Of a stretch of DNA of 64,000 nt, positions 28,901-42,318 are shown one piece after another. Numbering within the stretch: position 1 is the stretch's first letter; every line of letters begins with the position of its first letter. Source of the DNA: Paramecium tetraurelia (Eukaryota); contig CT868074.1 in assembly GCA_000165425.1 (NCBI GenBank), positions 62,001-126,000 of the forward strand. Reading direction: 5' to 3'. Both the position numbers and the translations under genes were made by a program. Below the pieces are notes generated by a model. That model was not told the DNA's origin. It did not search any database and saw nothing but the letters and a program-made list of their open reading frames with translations.

Positions 28901-30171
28901 TGTCCTCATTAGAATATATGGAACCTAAGTCATTTTTGGCATTTACCTAAAATTTGACATAAAATTAGATCTTTATTAATCCCAGTAAGGCTAATATTTA
29001 CAGTTTAGGATTAATATTTTTAAGGCTACTATCAAATTATCAAATTAAAAATACTAAAGAATAATAATTTTATTTGATGGAAATAAATTTGGCTCTTTAA
29101 TAATTTTAATTCCCTAATTTAAAACCATTACTTGAAGAAATGCTAAAAGAGAATGAAGAATAAAGATATGATTCTTATTAATTAATATAATTTATTAGAA
29201 AATATTAAAAATTAAATTAAAAAGAATTGTTCTTTATTTCACAACCATTATAATTATTAGAATAATAACAATAAGCTTTATATGGGTATTAAAACAACAC
29301 AATTTATTAGTATCAGCAAGTATTTAAAATTTACATGAACATTTTATCCACTAATTTGTAAGTCTTATGCGTTTAATCGAATGATGAAGGATAATTAATT
29401 CTATTAGTTAAATCATTAAATTAAAAAACATACAAATATTTGTTGCTATACATAACCTTATCCTTGAATCAATACGAATAGTAGCAACAACATTCAACCT
29501 TAATCTTTGAAGAATTAGTCAACTTCCAAAAATTTGCAGAAGAAGATTAAGATGAATATGACAACAACCAATTATAAATTATACAACAGAATTGTTAACA
29601 TATCTAATCACCTCATGTGGTTACAAAAGAAGTGTAAGTTCCAATATTTGATTTACAAAATGTTAATGAATGTACATATTTGATAAATGGAGAAGAACTT
29701 TACTTTTTTGGATTTGGAATTACCAATGAAATAAGGCGAGTTGGATCCAGAGATTGCTTTGTATATATGCCTAAAAGAAACTTATTCAAAAAAGTTGGGT
29801 ATAGAACGACTTATTATGAAGCTTAAGCCTTAGATTTTGGAGAATATTGGTTGCTACTAGAGAAAAATTCTAATCATAATAAAATTAGAATTCAGTCAAT
29901 CACAAAGGCTTAATTTTAATGCACTGAAAGATTAATCAAATTAAAAAATAGTGAAAAAGTATTTTATTTTAAATACTTACAAAATGTTATCGCCATCTCA
30001 AATAACTTGTGTTGGTATATCAATATCGAATCATTTAAAGCATTTGAAATATCATGTGATAATATACCCTAATCAATAATCTCAATGCAAAACACCTAAA
30101 ATAATACAATCTTAACATAGGATGGAGTATCAACATTGTAATTTGATGGTAATGTGTTAAAAATATATTGA
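25937..30171 (+). CDS. Large N-myristoylation-motif protein with two degenerate kinase-like domains and beta-rich repeats
   Basis: MGAAC start; YMHQNFYVHSGIKPSNVY; HDIFVQDMHPNNVF...YMEP...KANIYSLGLIFL; beta-strand-rich regions follow each domain. Confidence 0.7.
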
Positions 30172-31006
30172 TTTATATTTTATATCAATGGTATTTGAAT
30201 ACTTATTTAATTGTATCTCTTGAAATGGGAGATTTACTTTTAGAATCCAGATCTATCATTTCCATTCTTATAATAGTAATTATTTTAATATACTATCATT
30301 ATGTATATTGGTTATCTATACATCATAATAAGAATTTTTTATTAGAATTATTAATATTTATTAAATTGAATTCCTACTTTTAGGTTAATTTATCTTTAAA
30401 TACACCATTAATCAAATAAAAAGAATAAACTAAATTTAATTTTAGATTCTTTATAGTTAAGATTATTAATATAATTCTATTTTATTAAAGTTTTCTATTG
30501 AAGGTTTGTGTTTGCTATTAGTTGTTTTTGATATTGATTGAAAGATTTAGCTGTGTTAAATACTGTTTTATGTTTTTTTCATTCAAAGTAACAGAACTAT
30601 ATAAATATACTATTAATCAAAGGATAAAGAATCTTATTTATCTTCTCTACCATTCTTGATTACTATCAAATGATTATCATTATTATTAATCCTGTGTTTA
30701 AATAAAAAATTTAAATTTATGAATTCTTCTATTATATAAACTTATAGCTATATAATATCCTTACATAATAGTCCCAAATTGAAGAAGATTTGAATTTATT
30801 AGATCAAAACGCTAATTTATAGATTTGATGACACTTATAAATTATTCCTAATAAGAAAATGGAAGATTATTAAAAGATAAAGTAAGGGATTGATATCATT
30901 CCTCTTGGATCTGATGCTTTATATATAATATCTGTTATGATAATAAAATACTTTATAATGTCAATCTAACTACTGAAGTTATTAATATAAATTTAATTAT
31001 ATAATA

Positions 31007-32308
31007 ATGATTATATTTCTCTTTTATTATGCATATTCATAATTCATACAAGAAGGAATATCAATTTTGGAGAAAGGGATGAAGATATCATAAGATAGAG
31101 ATTAGATATATTCGAATTGTCCAAAGATTTTGAATTCTATTTGTGATAATCGATTACCTTCTATATAGAAATAAGATTAAGAAATAATAGATTTTATTCA
31201 ACTATAAGTAAGCTGTTATAAATAAAAAGGCTTAATAAGTGTTGGAGTAATTAGAGCCTGAATAACATACGCATTCGTATTATAATAAAAATATCAATAA
31301 ATTATTTTAAGAAATAGTGTTATATGATCAAAGCGAAGAGTTTCTTTCATTTAAATTTGAATTTAGTTAATTTTATTAGAAAAAAGAATTATAGCAAATT
31401 TAGTATAAATATTACATAGACTTTAAAAATCGATCAGCTATTTTAATGAATTCTAAAAATAATAGTTTGTAAGAATTCAATACAACAATGTATATGAAAT
31501 TTTCAGATTTTTATATACCTTCTAGAAGTAACTTTATTACTCAACAATTTGGATCACTTAATACTTTGTATCCTCCAGATGGTTTTAATATAAGGACTAC
31601 AGAATAGAATGGATCTATTTACTTTACTAAACCAGTTTACTTAACTTAATTTTACGCATTTAGTTACAATATCAATTCCATAATTAGGATAAACTATAAC
31701 AACTAAACTATTAAGATGGTTTCAATTCCCATGAACAAAAAGTGGATTCTTATACTTGGTCCAACTAACTAATTAATTAATAATATAACTGTTGACAAGA
31801 ACATTCATATTGATTCAATTGCTATTAAAGTGTCGAAACAACCATATACAAAATAACAAATAAAAGCATTAGTAATTGAAAAGCTTTTAGAACAATATTA
31901 TCTATTGCATTCAGAATCACTAATAAACACATTGAAAATAGAAGAAGATTAAAATTCTGATTAACCTAATAAGTAGAAAGTTGTTGATACTACTGACGAT
32001 TTGTATTAATAAACAATAAAGGTATTTTTAGAATTTTTAGAAATAATTTTGGCTAGGATCAAACAAATAAAAAAATAAAAATAATACGAATCTTTGAGTT
32101 CTGATCAAATACAAGATATTTTATTAGATGTATGTAAGTATTTGATAATAAAAAGATTGAAAATGAGATGACATAAAATCAAGTCTTGATATTTTAGAGT
32201 TTGTTTTCTAATTTCATAATAGAGAAATATAATGAGAATGACATCATGTTAATGCACTAAAAGCTACTTTAGATAGACAAAGGATTATAAGATAAAAAAA
32301 AAGATTGA
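31007..32308 (+). CDS. Hypothetical secreted protein
   Basis: MIIFLFYYAYSQ signal-like start; frame continuous after removing introns near 31209 and 32130. Confidence 0.6.
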
Positions 32309-32339
32309 ATTATAGTAATAAATTCATTTAAGTGAATCT

Positions 32340-33073
32340 TCATATTTATGATCTCTTAATAATTTAAATTTATTTTTATATGCCAAAAATGCAGACCATT
32401 GTTTGGTGAAAGGGTTTGCATTTAAGTCTTTTAGAGGTAATTAGAAGGTTGATTTTGACATTAGTTTCTTCTTTTCATTATCATAATAATTTTGTAATTT
32501 AGTTTCTGGTACTTTTATGAATTCCTCTTTTTGCAATGGGGATTCCTGCTTTTCATTTTAGTTCAATAAAATATTCAGAGATTAAGATTGTTATGATATA
32601 TTTTAAGAAAATAACTTAACAGATCCTCTAACTTTTTTTGGTATCACAGGATTATAATATCCAACTGCAGGTTAGTTATTATCTGGTGTTTTTATCAATA
32701 AGTAATTTTTTTTAATAGGAGGAATAAAGTTAGATTAGATAGTTTATTTATGGGATGTTGACCAGGTTGAATAATTGGTTTTAGACATTTATGGTTATTG
32801 GATATCTTTAAAGAGGGTTTTGAGGAAAATAAAATTATTGGTTTCTTATTGTTGGGATGAATGATTGCTGAATCTTAAATAAATGGGTCTTTTTTTGACT
32901 TTGGATGGTTATGATTTTGGAGTAATGGAGAGACGCAGTTTGGATTTATTAAATTTAAATTAAGTTTTGTAGGTGGTTTTTGATTTGATGTCTTCTTGCT
33001 CGTTATCCATGATTCCAGTGATGAAATCATATTAGGATTTAGTCTCTAGTATTGATTAAAGGGATTATTTCAT
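32340..33073 (-). CDS. Hypothetical basic low-complexity protein
   Basis: Code-6 ORF MKQSLQSILETK...NPFTKQWSAFLAYKK. Confidence 0.6.
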
Positions 33074-33130
33074 AAAAATTATTATGATTAATTCTCAATA
33101 AATAAAATATTAAATTAAAATCACTTATAA

Positions 33131-35289
33131 ATGAATTTCACTTTTATGATAGATAATTGTTTATCTTCTTGTTAAATAACTTATAATGGACTCACTATAT
33201 TAGATTATGCCAAGAGTGCAATAGAATATTTTGTAAAAAAGAGAACAAAGAATCCAGAAAACAAGTATGATCAATACCATCTTTTTTCGTCAAAGTAATT
33301 TTTTGTTCCTTACATATTGTGTATAGTTCTTCAATCTCAACATGGACAAATGACGTATGCCATTTTTTACAAAAACTCAAAACCATTCAACCATAGTTCG
33401 AAACTAACTTCAATTTGGATGAGTGTTTCCACAATTTAAACAAATTTAGAACTTTAAATGGTTATTTATATATATAATTAAATACAGGCACTGACAATCT
33501 TTATGGAGGAAGAGATGTCTTAAAAATTGAATCGGCTATCATATTTGTATTTACCAATCGAGAATACATGGGATCTGCTTTCCATTAATTGGTGAGATGG
33601 GACTATAGACTCCTTGTCTTTTTGTTACAACCCCCTGGGATTGAAGAAACCAATGCCATACCCATTTCAACCAATTGGCATCACCTTGCTGCATCTGTAG
33701 GTTAAGGAGTGTGTTTCGAAATTCAAGATTATAATGTTTTGTTCTAAATCTTAGATGATCCAAAATTAACTCCTCCTTAAATATCTCTTCAATTAAATCT
33801 TTTAGATTAATAATATAAACTTGATGAAATTCTATCGAATATTGAAAAAACTAAGATTGATTAACAATCTAGTCTGCCTTCTTATTTGGTAAGATCTACT
33901 TAAAAGCCAAATTAATCTTTTGCTTCAGTTCGTTTAAAATGTTAACCAAATATGACCATTTTCACAAAAGTATATTTGCCTGAATAATTCCCCTTCTCAG
34001 ATTTCAACGTATTAATATTAATATAACAAATAGAATTATCCAGCTTACCCTGAGTATTTTGTTGATTTCAATGTATCATTTTAAGCAAAATTGCCCTAAT
34101 AATTGCCTTATCAAGAAGTCTTCATAGAGAATACTTCTTTGTTGAAATTCGTGCAAGGGATATCTACAACAAAAAGCAAAATGTTGTAATTCCCAATCTA
34201 TTATTTTGAAAGAAGAGATGAATAACAAGTATAATATTTAATTGGATTGTTTTTGTTCTAATAAAATTCAACAACGATGGAATTGCGATTGTATTATTTC
34301 TATTATTAATTAAGTTATTTTCCTAATTTTTTAAATTACTATGAACTATTAATGTAGTGTGGCAATTCAACAGATGAAACAAGAAGATTCGCTGAATAGA
34401 AATTTTTGCAATATCTTTCAACAATTCCCAATTATTATGCTCCATGCATTAGAAAAAATCAAAATGAATTAAACATTTAAGTAAATTAAGTTAAATATTG
34501 TATAAGATTCAAAGACAATTAATATTTTTGATAGATGAATAAAATCAATAATTGTATATGTAGAAAGTAAAGGCACATTAAGCAAGAGTTTAAAAGAATA
34601 AAAAATAAGTGGACGATGAAAATTATAAGAATAGACAATTGCATATTTCAAGAAAAAGCCAATGTTGTGCAGCATTCAGCGAAAATTATTAAGTGAAATT
34701 TCAAGATTAAATTAATTGTGAATTCAGACAAGTAACTTAATACTAAAAGGATGTCAATTTTCAAAGGTTTCTTCCTCAATTAGAAGTTCAATCATGTTTG
34801 CCATAGATGCCCTTAATATAGCCAACTCTTAGAAACATGTATTTGGATTCAGATGAAATGGAAATTCGATTAGAACCTCAATTTTGTGGAAACCCATGGA
34901 AATTACAAAGGAAAACATATAGGGATGGAGTAGAAATAAAGGTTTATTATTATTATTAAAAATAGAATGACTAAGAAGAACTATAATTAGAAGATATGAT
35001 GCTAACGAAAATGGATTCTGAAAAGAAATCATAAACAAAAAATAGGAGGAAAGGATTTATGAGGTCAAAGGACATTCAAAATTGTAATCATAAATAAGTT
35101 ATAATTGAATAATAAGAAATGGAAATAGAAGAAAATAAAACTGAATCATAATCCTAATCCTAATCCAAATCCAAATATGGTTCTGTCAAATTCAATCCTC
35201 ATTTTTAAGTAATTATTTCTTCCATATAGGCTAAATTTAAATTGATTATCTAAACAAAATTGAATAATTCTGTATCCACAAACAATTGA
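33131..35289 (+). CDS. INTS6: Integrator complex subunit 6-like protein (N-terminal VWA domain)
   Basis: MNFTFMIDNCLS, TILDYAKSAIEYFVKKR, DQYHLF, LNKFR..GTDNLYGGRD...IESAIIFVFT, VRWDYRL and a C-terminal FCGNPWK parallel the INTS6 motifs (YLDTAKGAVETFMKLR, GIDNYGQGRN, FRWDQRL, FGNPFK). Confidence 0.75.
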
Positions 35290-35413
35290 AACTCTAAGTA
35301 AAAATTATTTTGCTTGTCTTTAAGTAGCTTTTTGTAATAAAAGCATAGTTATTATTTTAACTTAATTTTTGCCCTCAATATTTTTTTGTTTTTTTTGATA
35401 ATTTAAATTATTG

Positions 35414-36540
35414 ATGTTATACAAATACCTCTAGGAACATAAAATGCATTGTCCTTAATAATATATAATAAGGCTTCGCAGGATAGAGTGCTTAAGTTTT
35501 CGGTACTACCTCTGTTTCCAATAACATTTTTGGCCAAACACAATAATTTACTCCTCCAATAGGATAAACCTAAAGTTAAGGAATACTTGGGTAATAATCA
35601 AATTAACTCAATTAACCTCTCTCATATGGAGGTATGCCATAACAAACTACAAATTTATTATAATAGCCATAAGGTTAACAAATGGGAGCTTTAGGTCAAT
35701 AAACCGCATAATTTGGTTAAGTTTAATAATCAGGGTATCTTGGATAGTAATCAAATATATAAGGAGGTTAGGTTGGATAGATATAATAACAACCATCCCT
35801 TTAACCGCAATAGTAATAATAACCTTAATAACAATAATAATAATAACCTTAAGTAAAATAGTATACAATTTTACAAATCAAAAATGAAACCCAGAAACAC
35901 TTTGATAATCTATTAAAATCAATCATCAATAAAGAAAAAATTGAAAAGAATTAAAAAAATTTATAACTAATCGAAAAAAATTCTCTTAGAAATATTTAAT
36001 AATAATAACAATAATAACCTCAAGCGAATCCCTCAATTGGATATGGAATGCCCTAACAATAATAACTATTAAAACCAATTTAAAAGGCCGATCCCAGAAA
36101 TCATACAGCAAAGGTTGAAAAATATTATGGGGAGTGGAATAAAGGAATTTAAAGGATTTCTTAAAAATAGGGAGAAGCAATCAACCAATTGAATGAATTA
36201 AATCTCCTTTTAGCCTAATAGGAAACGTATTACGGTATAGTAATATTGTAATATAATTATTAGAGATCGATGAAGAGTCATTGATGGATTCTATAAAATA
36301 ACTTGACAAAGAACTTAGTTAATTAGAACATAAGGTTGTAAACGTAGTTAAATTGTAAGAAAAAATTTTGGGATTAGAAAAAGAAGAAACTGAATGGGAT
36401 CAAATTGTATGTAATTTAAGTGAATGTTTGACACTTTTAGAAATTTAGACTGTATTATACCTTAAATTTAGTGATTTTAGAAAGAAGTTGAAGATCAATT
36501 GCACCAAGCAGAAACACACCCAAAAGTATTAAATAAATGA
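35414..36540 (+). CDS. Gln/Gly-rich FG-like repeat protein with a C-terminal coiled coil (Nup62/Nsp1-like nucleoporin candidate)
   Basis: GFAG, VFG, IFG, QFG, ILG, YLG in a Gln-rich disordered region, then KVEKYYGEWNKGIQ...LDKELSQLE. Start codon uncertain. Confidence 0.55.
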
Positions 36541-37665
36541 AATGAATTTACTAATAATATTTCACATAAATTAATTATTAATACAATTATTAATACAATT
36601 ATTTTGCATGTTCAATAAGGATAAAAGGATGAATTCTTAAATTTAGGGTCTTATAAAGGAATATTGAATAAATATTACAATTGATTTGATTGAAAAATGA
36701 AATTATATTATAGTAATATTTTATAATAATCGATAGTTTTTAGGTAGAAGCTAAAGTTTAAATATTTAAATCAATTTCGTAGTTTATAAAAGAATTATAA
36801 TTACATTCTAAATTTATTCAATATTAATATTGTTTTGAATTAGGTTGTTTTGATATAGAACACACTAATAGTCTAATTGAAGGATCAATAAGTTATTCAT
36901 AACTACGTGGCTCCTTTACCTCAAATCAACAATTGAATAAAAAGCACTGTTGAATCAGATTTTATTACCCTATTTAAAACTTTAATAAATGGAGTAGAAA
37001 TAATTTCTCTCATAATTATGGTTTACTATAGATTAATGCAACCTTTCAGCCTTTTATTGTGGAGGAAACTATGAAAACCCATAATCAGATATTTTATCAG
37101 GTTATTTTAGAATATGATTAATGACTATGAAAACAAAACAAAAATATAAGTTAAAATCAAGCAATTAAACAAAGGATTAAATAGAAATTAAGAGTAAATT
37201 TATTGATTTTATTTAATTAAAATAATAATATAATCAAAGAAATAAATATTATTTAATCTAAAAATAAATATTTAAGATTGCTTCTAACAAATACTGCAAA
37301 AGATGCAAATAATTAATTCTCTGTTATTTAGGTAGATTTATAGAAAATAACTCAAGAATTAGAGAACACATAACGATTAGAATTTTAGGAGTAGATTGGC
37401 TGAATAAATCTAAAATTTATATGTTGTAAATATATATATATGAGGGTATGTTAAAGTAGTATACATTATAATTATTGACTATTTTTTATTTAATTTCGTA
37501 TCACATTTTTTTTGAATTCGTAAAACAATATTCAATGGAGAATTATGAAAATTATTTAATGTAAATTACTTTTTTGAATAGAGAATTTAATAATGTATTT
37601 TAATTTTCTGTTTCATAAGATAAAGTATAATTACAGGATATGAATTTTATTTTTTTGTTTTTGTA

Positions 37666-39887
37666 ATGAATTAACTGGCTTAGGGTATTTATTGTATAAA
37701 TCTAGGTATTTCAAAGCTTGATATCTTTGGTTAGACAATTACTTTAAAAATGAATAAGGATAACTATTACAAGACCTTCTTTGGAGGTGTTGTTTCCATC
37801 TTGCTTTTCTTAATAATCATCATGTTTTTTTCATCGAGCATTAAGTCATTTTTCAATAAAGAAACCCTTGTTGCCACCGTTCTAACTAATTTTGAAGAAA
37901 TACCATCACAATCAATTATAGATGATGCAACAATTTTGTTCGCTATTTAAATTGATTAAGAGAACTTTTTGTCAAGACCATTTTTTGACATTGAAGTTCT
38001 TTAAGTATCTGAAACAAGACAAACTAATGGGAGTAAAATAAGAGAAGAGCAATAAATTTAATTAGTCCCTTGCACAGTTGAAAGATTTACTAAAATATTC
38101 GACAAATATAATTAGAACATCAGCTAAACTTATGCAGAGTTGAACCTAGATAATTTTCTGTGTTTCAAGTATTATAAGTTAAAATAATTAGAAATAATGC
38201 CACTTTCATTTTAGAAGGCACTCATTCAAGTAATATAATATATAAATTTGAAAGGCTTATAATTCTCTTATCTCAAAATATCTATTAAGAAATGCAATTC
38301 AACGTAAATGTGTGCAAGTTAAGATGAAAGGGACGCTGAAGTAAAATTAAATGGATCTTTCAAAATTAAATTATATACAGTTAATAAAGTTTATATATAT
38401 ACTAAATATAGATTTTAAATCCGTACAATCCAAGTGAAAACTATTTGCAGACTTATATAGACGATTCCTTTTATTTTAATTTTCTACCTTCGATAATCAG
38501 CAAGTCAGCTAACTTATTTCTGAAACAATATTAAGTCGAAAGTGATCAAAGTTTAACTCCATTTCAATCCATAACTTCGGAAAAGTTTTATATCCTTGAT
38601 CAATCAGAAATAAGAGAGAGAGTAGAATTTTACAAAGAAGGTAATTTAGAAGTTGCTTCCATTTTCTTAAGAAAAAGTCCTTACAAAACTTAAATCTACA
38701 GAAGTTATCTAAAAATTGACAATCTTCTTTCTAATTTGGGTGGAATGCAGTAAATTCTCTTCTTCTTTTTAGGTCTTCTTTTAGCATTATATAACAGATT
38801 TCAACGTAATTTTGTATGATCATTTTAGTGCTCATCGAATTGGCCAATAAACTATATGAATTTATGTTAGTAGAAAAGTAAGCTAAGAAAATGCACGAAA
38901 ATAATCTTAATCTTGTCAATCAGTTAATTACTGAAAGATAATATCTTGATTCTAAAGCGTCTGAACATGATGCTAAAATTTAATTACTAAATCCAAGTTA
39001 AATTAATTAAAAAGAAAATAATTCTAAATTAAAATTCGAAGATTAATAGCAAATAATATATAAGGCAAAACGTTAAGCCAAATATGCAAAAAAATCTACT
39101 AAATTTTATGATGAAGAATCAAAGAAGGCCTATCGCAGTCATATCAGTAATGGATTAGAGTACTTCTAATCTTAGATAAATATTTTAATAAGAAGGGCAA
39201 AACCTATAAAATTGAGTTTCTAATTGCTCATGAATTATGTCTCTTGTTAGATATTGTTTCGAAATAAAAGGAAGATAATTCTAATGAATAAAGCGATGTA
39301 GTTATAATTGATCTTATGTAGGAATCAATTATCAAGTCAAATTGATCTTTTTAATATTTTGACTAAATTAAATGAGATAGATAAATTGAAGGAAGTGCTA
39401 TTAACATCCGATTAACAACTGTTATTCGACTTTACACCAAAACCTATCATATCTTTAGATCATAAGGATATCAAGATAGATAGATTTCTAATTGAGTAAA
39501 ATTCGAGATGTGATTTCGATTTAGAGTAAGGATATTCTATTAAAATACAAGAATTAAATAAAAAGAGAAAGCCATCAAAGACGCTGAAACTCCCTAAAAA
39601 AGTCTGCATCTTAAAGCTGATTCTTAATTATATGAACGCATTTACAAAGTAACAATCTTAGTTACATGTTATAGGCTTATGATAAAGTCTTAAATGGTTT
39701 AACAGTTTCAAATTAATATGAGCAATACATAAATAATTAGTTGATCAATTAACTAGGAGCAGAAGTATAAACCATTTTTAAACTTTCTAAACTTATTGAT
39801 TTCTCTGTTTCATTTTCTAGAACTTTTAGAAGAAAAGGGCAGATATTTCAATAGGAAAGGCTTGACCCTGAGGCGTTATAAATCTGA
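37666..39887 (+). CDS. Two-TM protein with a large Cys-containing loop (expanded ciliate family)
   Basis: LDIFGQ...YKTFFGGVVSILLFLIIIMFF (TM1); LVPCT, FLCF, KKCNSTQMCAS; YLKIDNLLSNLGGMQQILFFFLGLLL (TM2). Confidence 0.8.
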
Positions 39888-40040
39888 TTATATAAATCGT
39901 GAATAAATTATGAACTTAAAATATATTGTTTCTCTATTGTGATTAGTATATTATATGTTTAGAAACAACAAAGTCGGTAAGATTGTAAAAAAGAATACGT
40001 ATATTGAATGTAATATAATGAATATATAAGAATGTTATAT

Positions 40041-40725
40041 TCATTTGTATTACTTTAAATTTATTTTTTATGTTCTGGCACTTAATGGTGGATTTTTATT
40101 TCCAAGAGATACTTGATCATTCTTCGATTCAGAGTTAATGAAAAGTTTTTTGTAACTATTCAAAATGCCCTTGCTTACCGCTGCTTAAAATTAAGCATTA
40201 TCATTAGTAAGCTTACGAGAACTTTTGACTTGTACTTTGGAATTAAATACTTCCTACATAGTTATTTCTTTCTCTATTTTTAAATTTTTTTTATTCTCTC
40301 TTATTGGATTAGACTCATTGTAAAGATTGAATTCTCTAACAAAGTTAACCTCAATATTATCATTATTCATATTAATTTATGGTGATATTTTTTTGTAAAA
40401 ACTCCCTTTCATAATTTTGTTGGTGTCCTAAAATTCTCTTGAGTTCATTTTAATCAATCTTTGAGAAGAAAACTTAGTTGGTTGATCTTCTAATAATGTA
40501 ATTTGAATGAATACTTATTTTTTCGTGTTAATCAGTTGGAGAAAGTTATCGAAGTGACTAAAGCTATTTGTTGCTAATGCTAGAATCCTGTTGAGTAGAG
40601 CAAGTGAGACTTTAGAAATTCTTTCTGCTCGCCAGGAAGCTGTATTATTGCAAGTCAATGTTGGGCTTAATGGATACCTTGTTTCTTATTTGATTGGTTT
40701 CTTTTTTTGCAGATTAATTTCTCAT
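40041..40725 (-). CDS. Hypothetical protein
   Basis: MRNQSAKKE start; open frame to NPPLSARTQKINLKQYK-TGA; needs at least one short intron. Confidence 0.5.
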
Positions 40726-40959
40726 TTTATTTAATAAAACTATTTTAAACTTAATCACATATAAATTGGAATAATAATTAATTCGAAAATTTAGACACGA
40801 CTTTTTAAATGGATACGGGTATTTAGATAGTTTGGAATTTTAGAATTGAATACATGTATAAATTAGAGCATTTTAATAATATTTGAAATTTTTCATTATT
40901 AAAAATTTGATTGATTGATGGATATCTAATATTGAAAATATATTAATAATTATTTAACG

Positions 40960-42296
40960 ATGAATAGACACAAAAAATAATTAAGTTTACCTGGTTAGTA
41001 ATTACCTGTAATATTGGAAAAAAAGACTGCCAATAGAACTTAAACTCATATGGATCCACTCAGTAAAAGTCCAGAAATAAAAAAACTGGAGGCATTATTA
41101 TTGGAGACGTATACAAAGAAATAAAAAATATCACAAAAATTTTATCTCTTTAAACCGTTACATTGAATGTTTGACTCATAATTTTATATTATTAATGAAT
41201 AAAGTTGAATTGCCATCGAATTTGCAAATCTCAAATTTTTTGTAAAATGAAATACAAAAAACTGATAAATATGTTAAATAGCATGTAACAGAGTTGATTT
41301 AATTTTAATTTTAGGAAAAAGAACTCAATACTCTGTCAAAATACTAAAAAATAATATCATAAAACTGTCAATCCAATAAAGAGAAACTATCTCAATTATT
41401 TGTAAAATAATTTGAACTTGATTAACATCTAAAACAAAAAAATAATCAAGTAATCTATTCGTGTTAGGTTTAGTTAAAAAAGAAGAGATACATCAATGAG
41501 TAAAGTGGTCTTTAAGAACAAAAAGAAAAAAATTATTTATAATAATTGGATTCTTATTGGAGCTATCAACAAAACTTTTATCCAAATATTGACTATATGT
41601 CTGACTCAGTTGACAAATCTCGGCAATAATTAATTCAATATTACGAGCATAAATTATCTCTAGAAGATAACTAATTAGAAAGGAATTAAATAAAATAAAA
41701 AATATTTTCATTAAAAGAGGCCTAAGTATTCATCAGCTATACTTTTTGTAGATTAAATATGATAAATGTAAAAGCATTGAAGGTAGAATTAAGAAAGCAG
41801 AATAATTAAGAACGGAGAGATTTGACACTTCAGTAGAAAAAATAAAAAAACATGAAAAGCATATAATGGATGTGATATATCAGAACTAAATGTTAAGCGA
41901 AAGAAAGTCTCATTATTTTAAAGATAAACTTCATAGACTAGAGGAGAAACTATGTTAATCTGAATTAGAATAAGGAAAGAAAAGATTAGATTAAGTTCAA
42001 AAAGCCTTCTAAAAAGATAATCATAGATTATAAGTTTATAAGTATACAATAATAGGTAAAAGTAAATTGTGAGAAAATTAATCAGCATAATGATTCAATT
42101 CATGAGGGTCATTTAGAGAATAAATTGAATAAAATTAACTCTTTGGAAGAAATTCGACAGATCGTAAAAAAGGGTAGACTATAAATACGACAGCAATATG
42201 TAATAATAGAAGAACGAAATTGTGTAATAGATAGATGACCTTAGAAATTCCTCTTTGCAGTCAAGCATTTATTAAAGTTAATTGCTTTATTATTGA
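40960..42296 (+). CDS. Hypothetical coiled-coil protein
   Basis: MNRHKKQLSLP start; E/K/Q/L heptad-rich frame with short introns. Confidence 0.65.
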
Positions 42297-42318
42297 TTTT
42301 ATAAAATTTAAATAAAAT

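Noticed and set aside
30172..31006. Possible gene between the pseudokinase and the secreted protein
   Set aside because: The frames I tried hit TGA and I could not build a consistent spliced model.
35780..35860. TAA/CAA microsatellite-like runs (also 13560-13580 and 36000-36020)
   Set aside because: These are poly-Gln codons within CDS, not stop runs or independent repeats.
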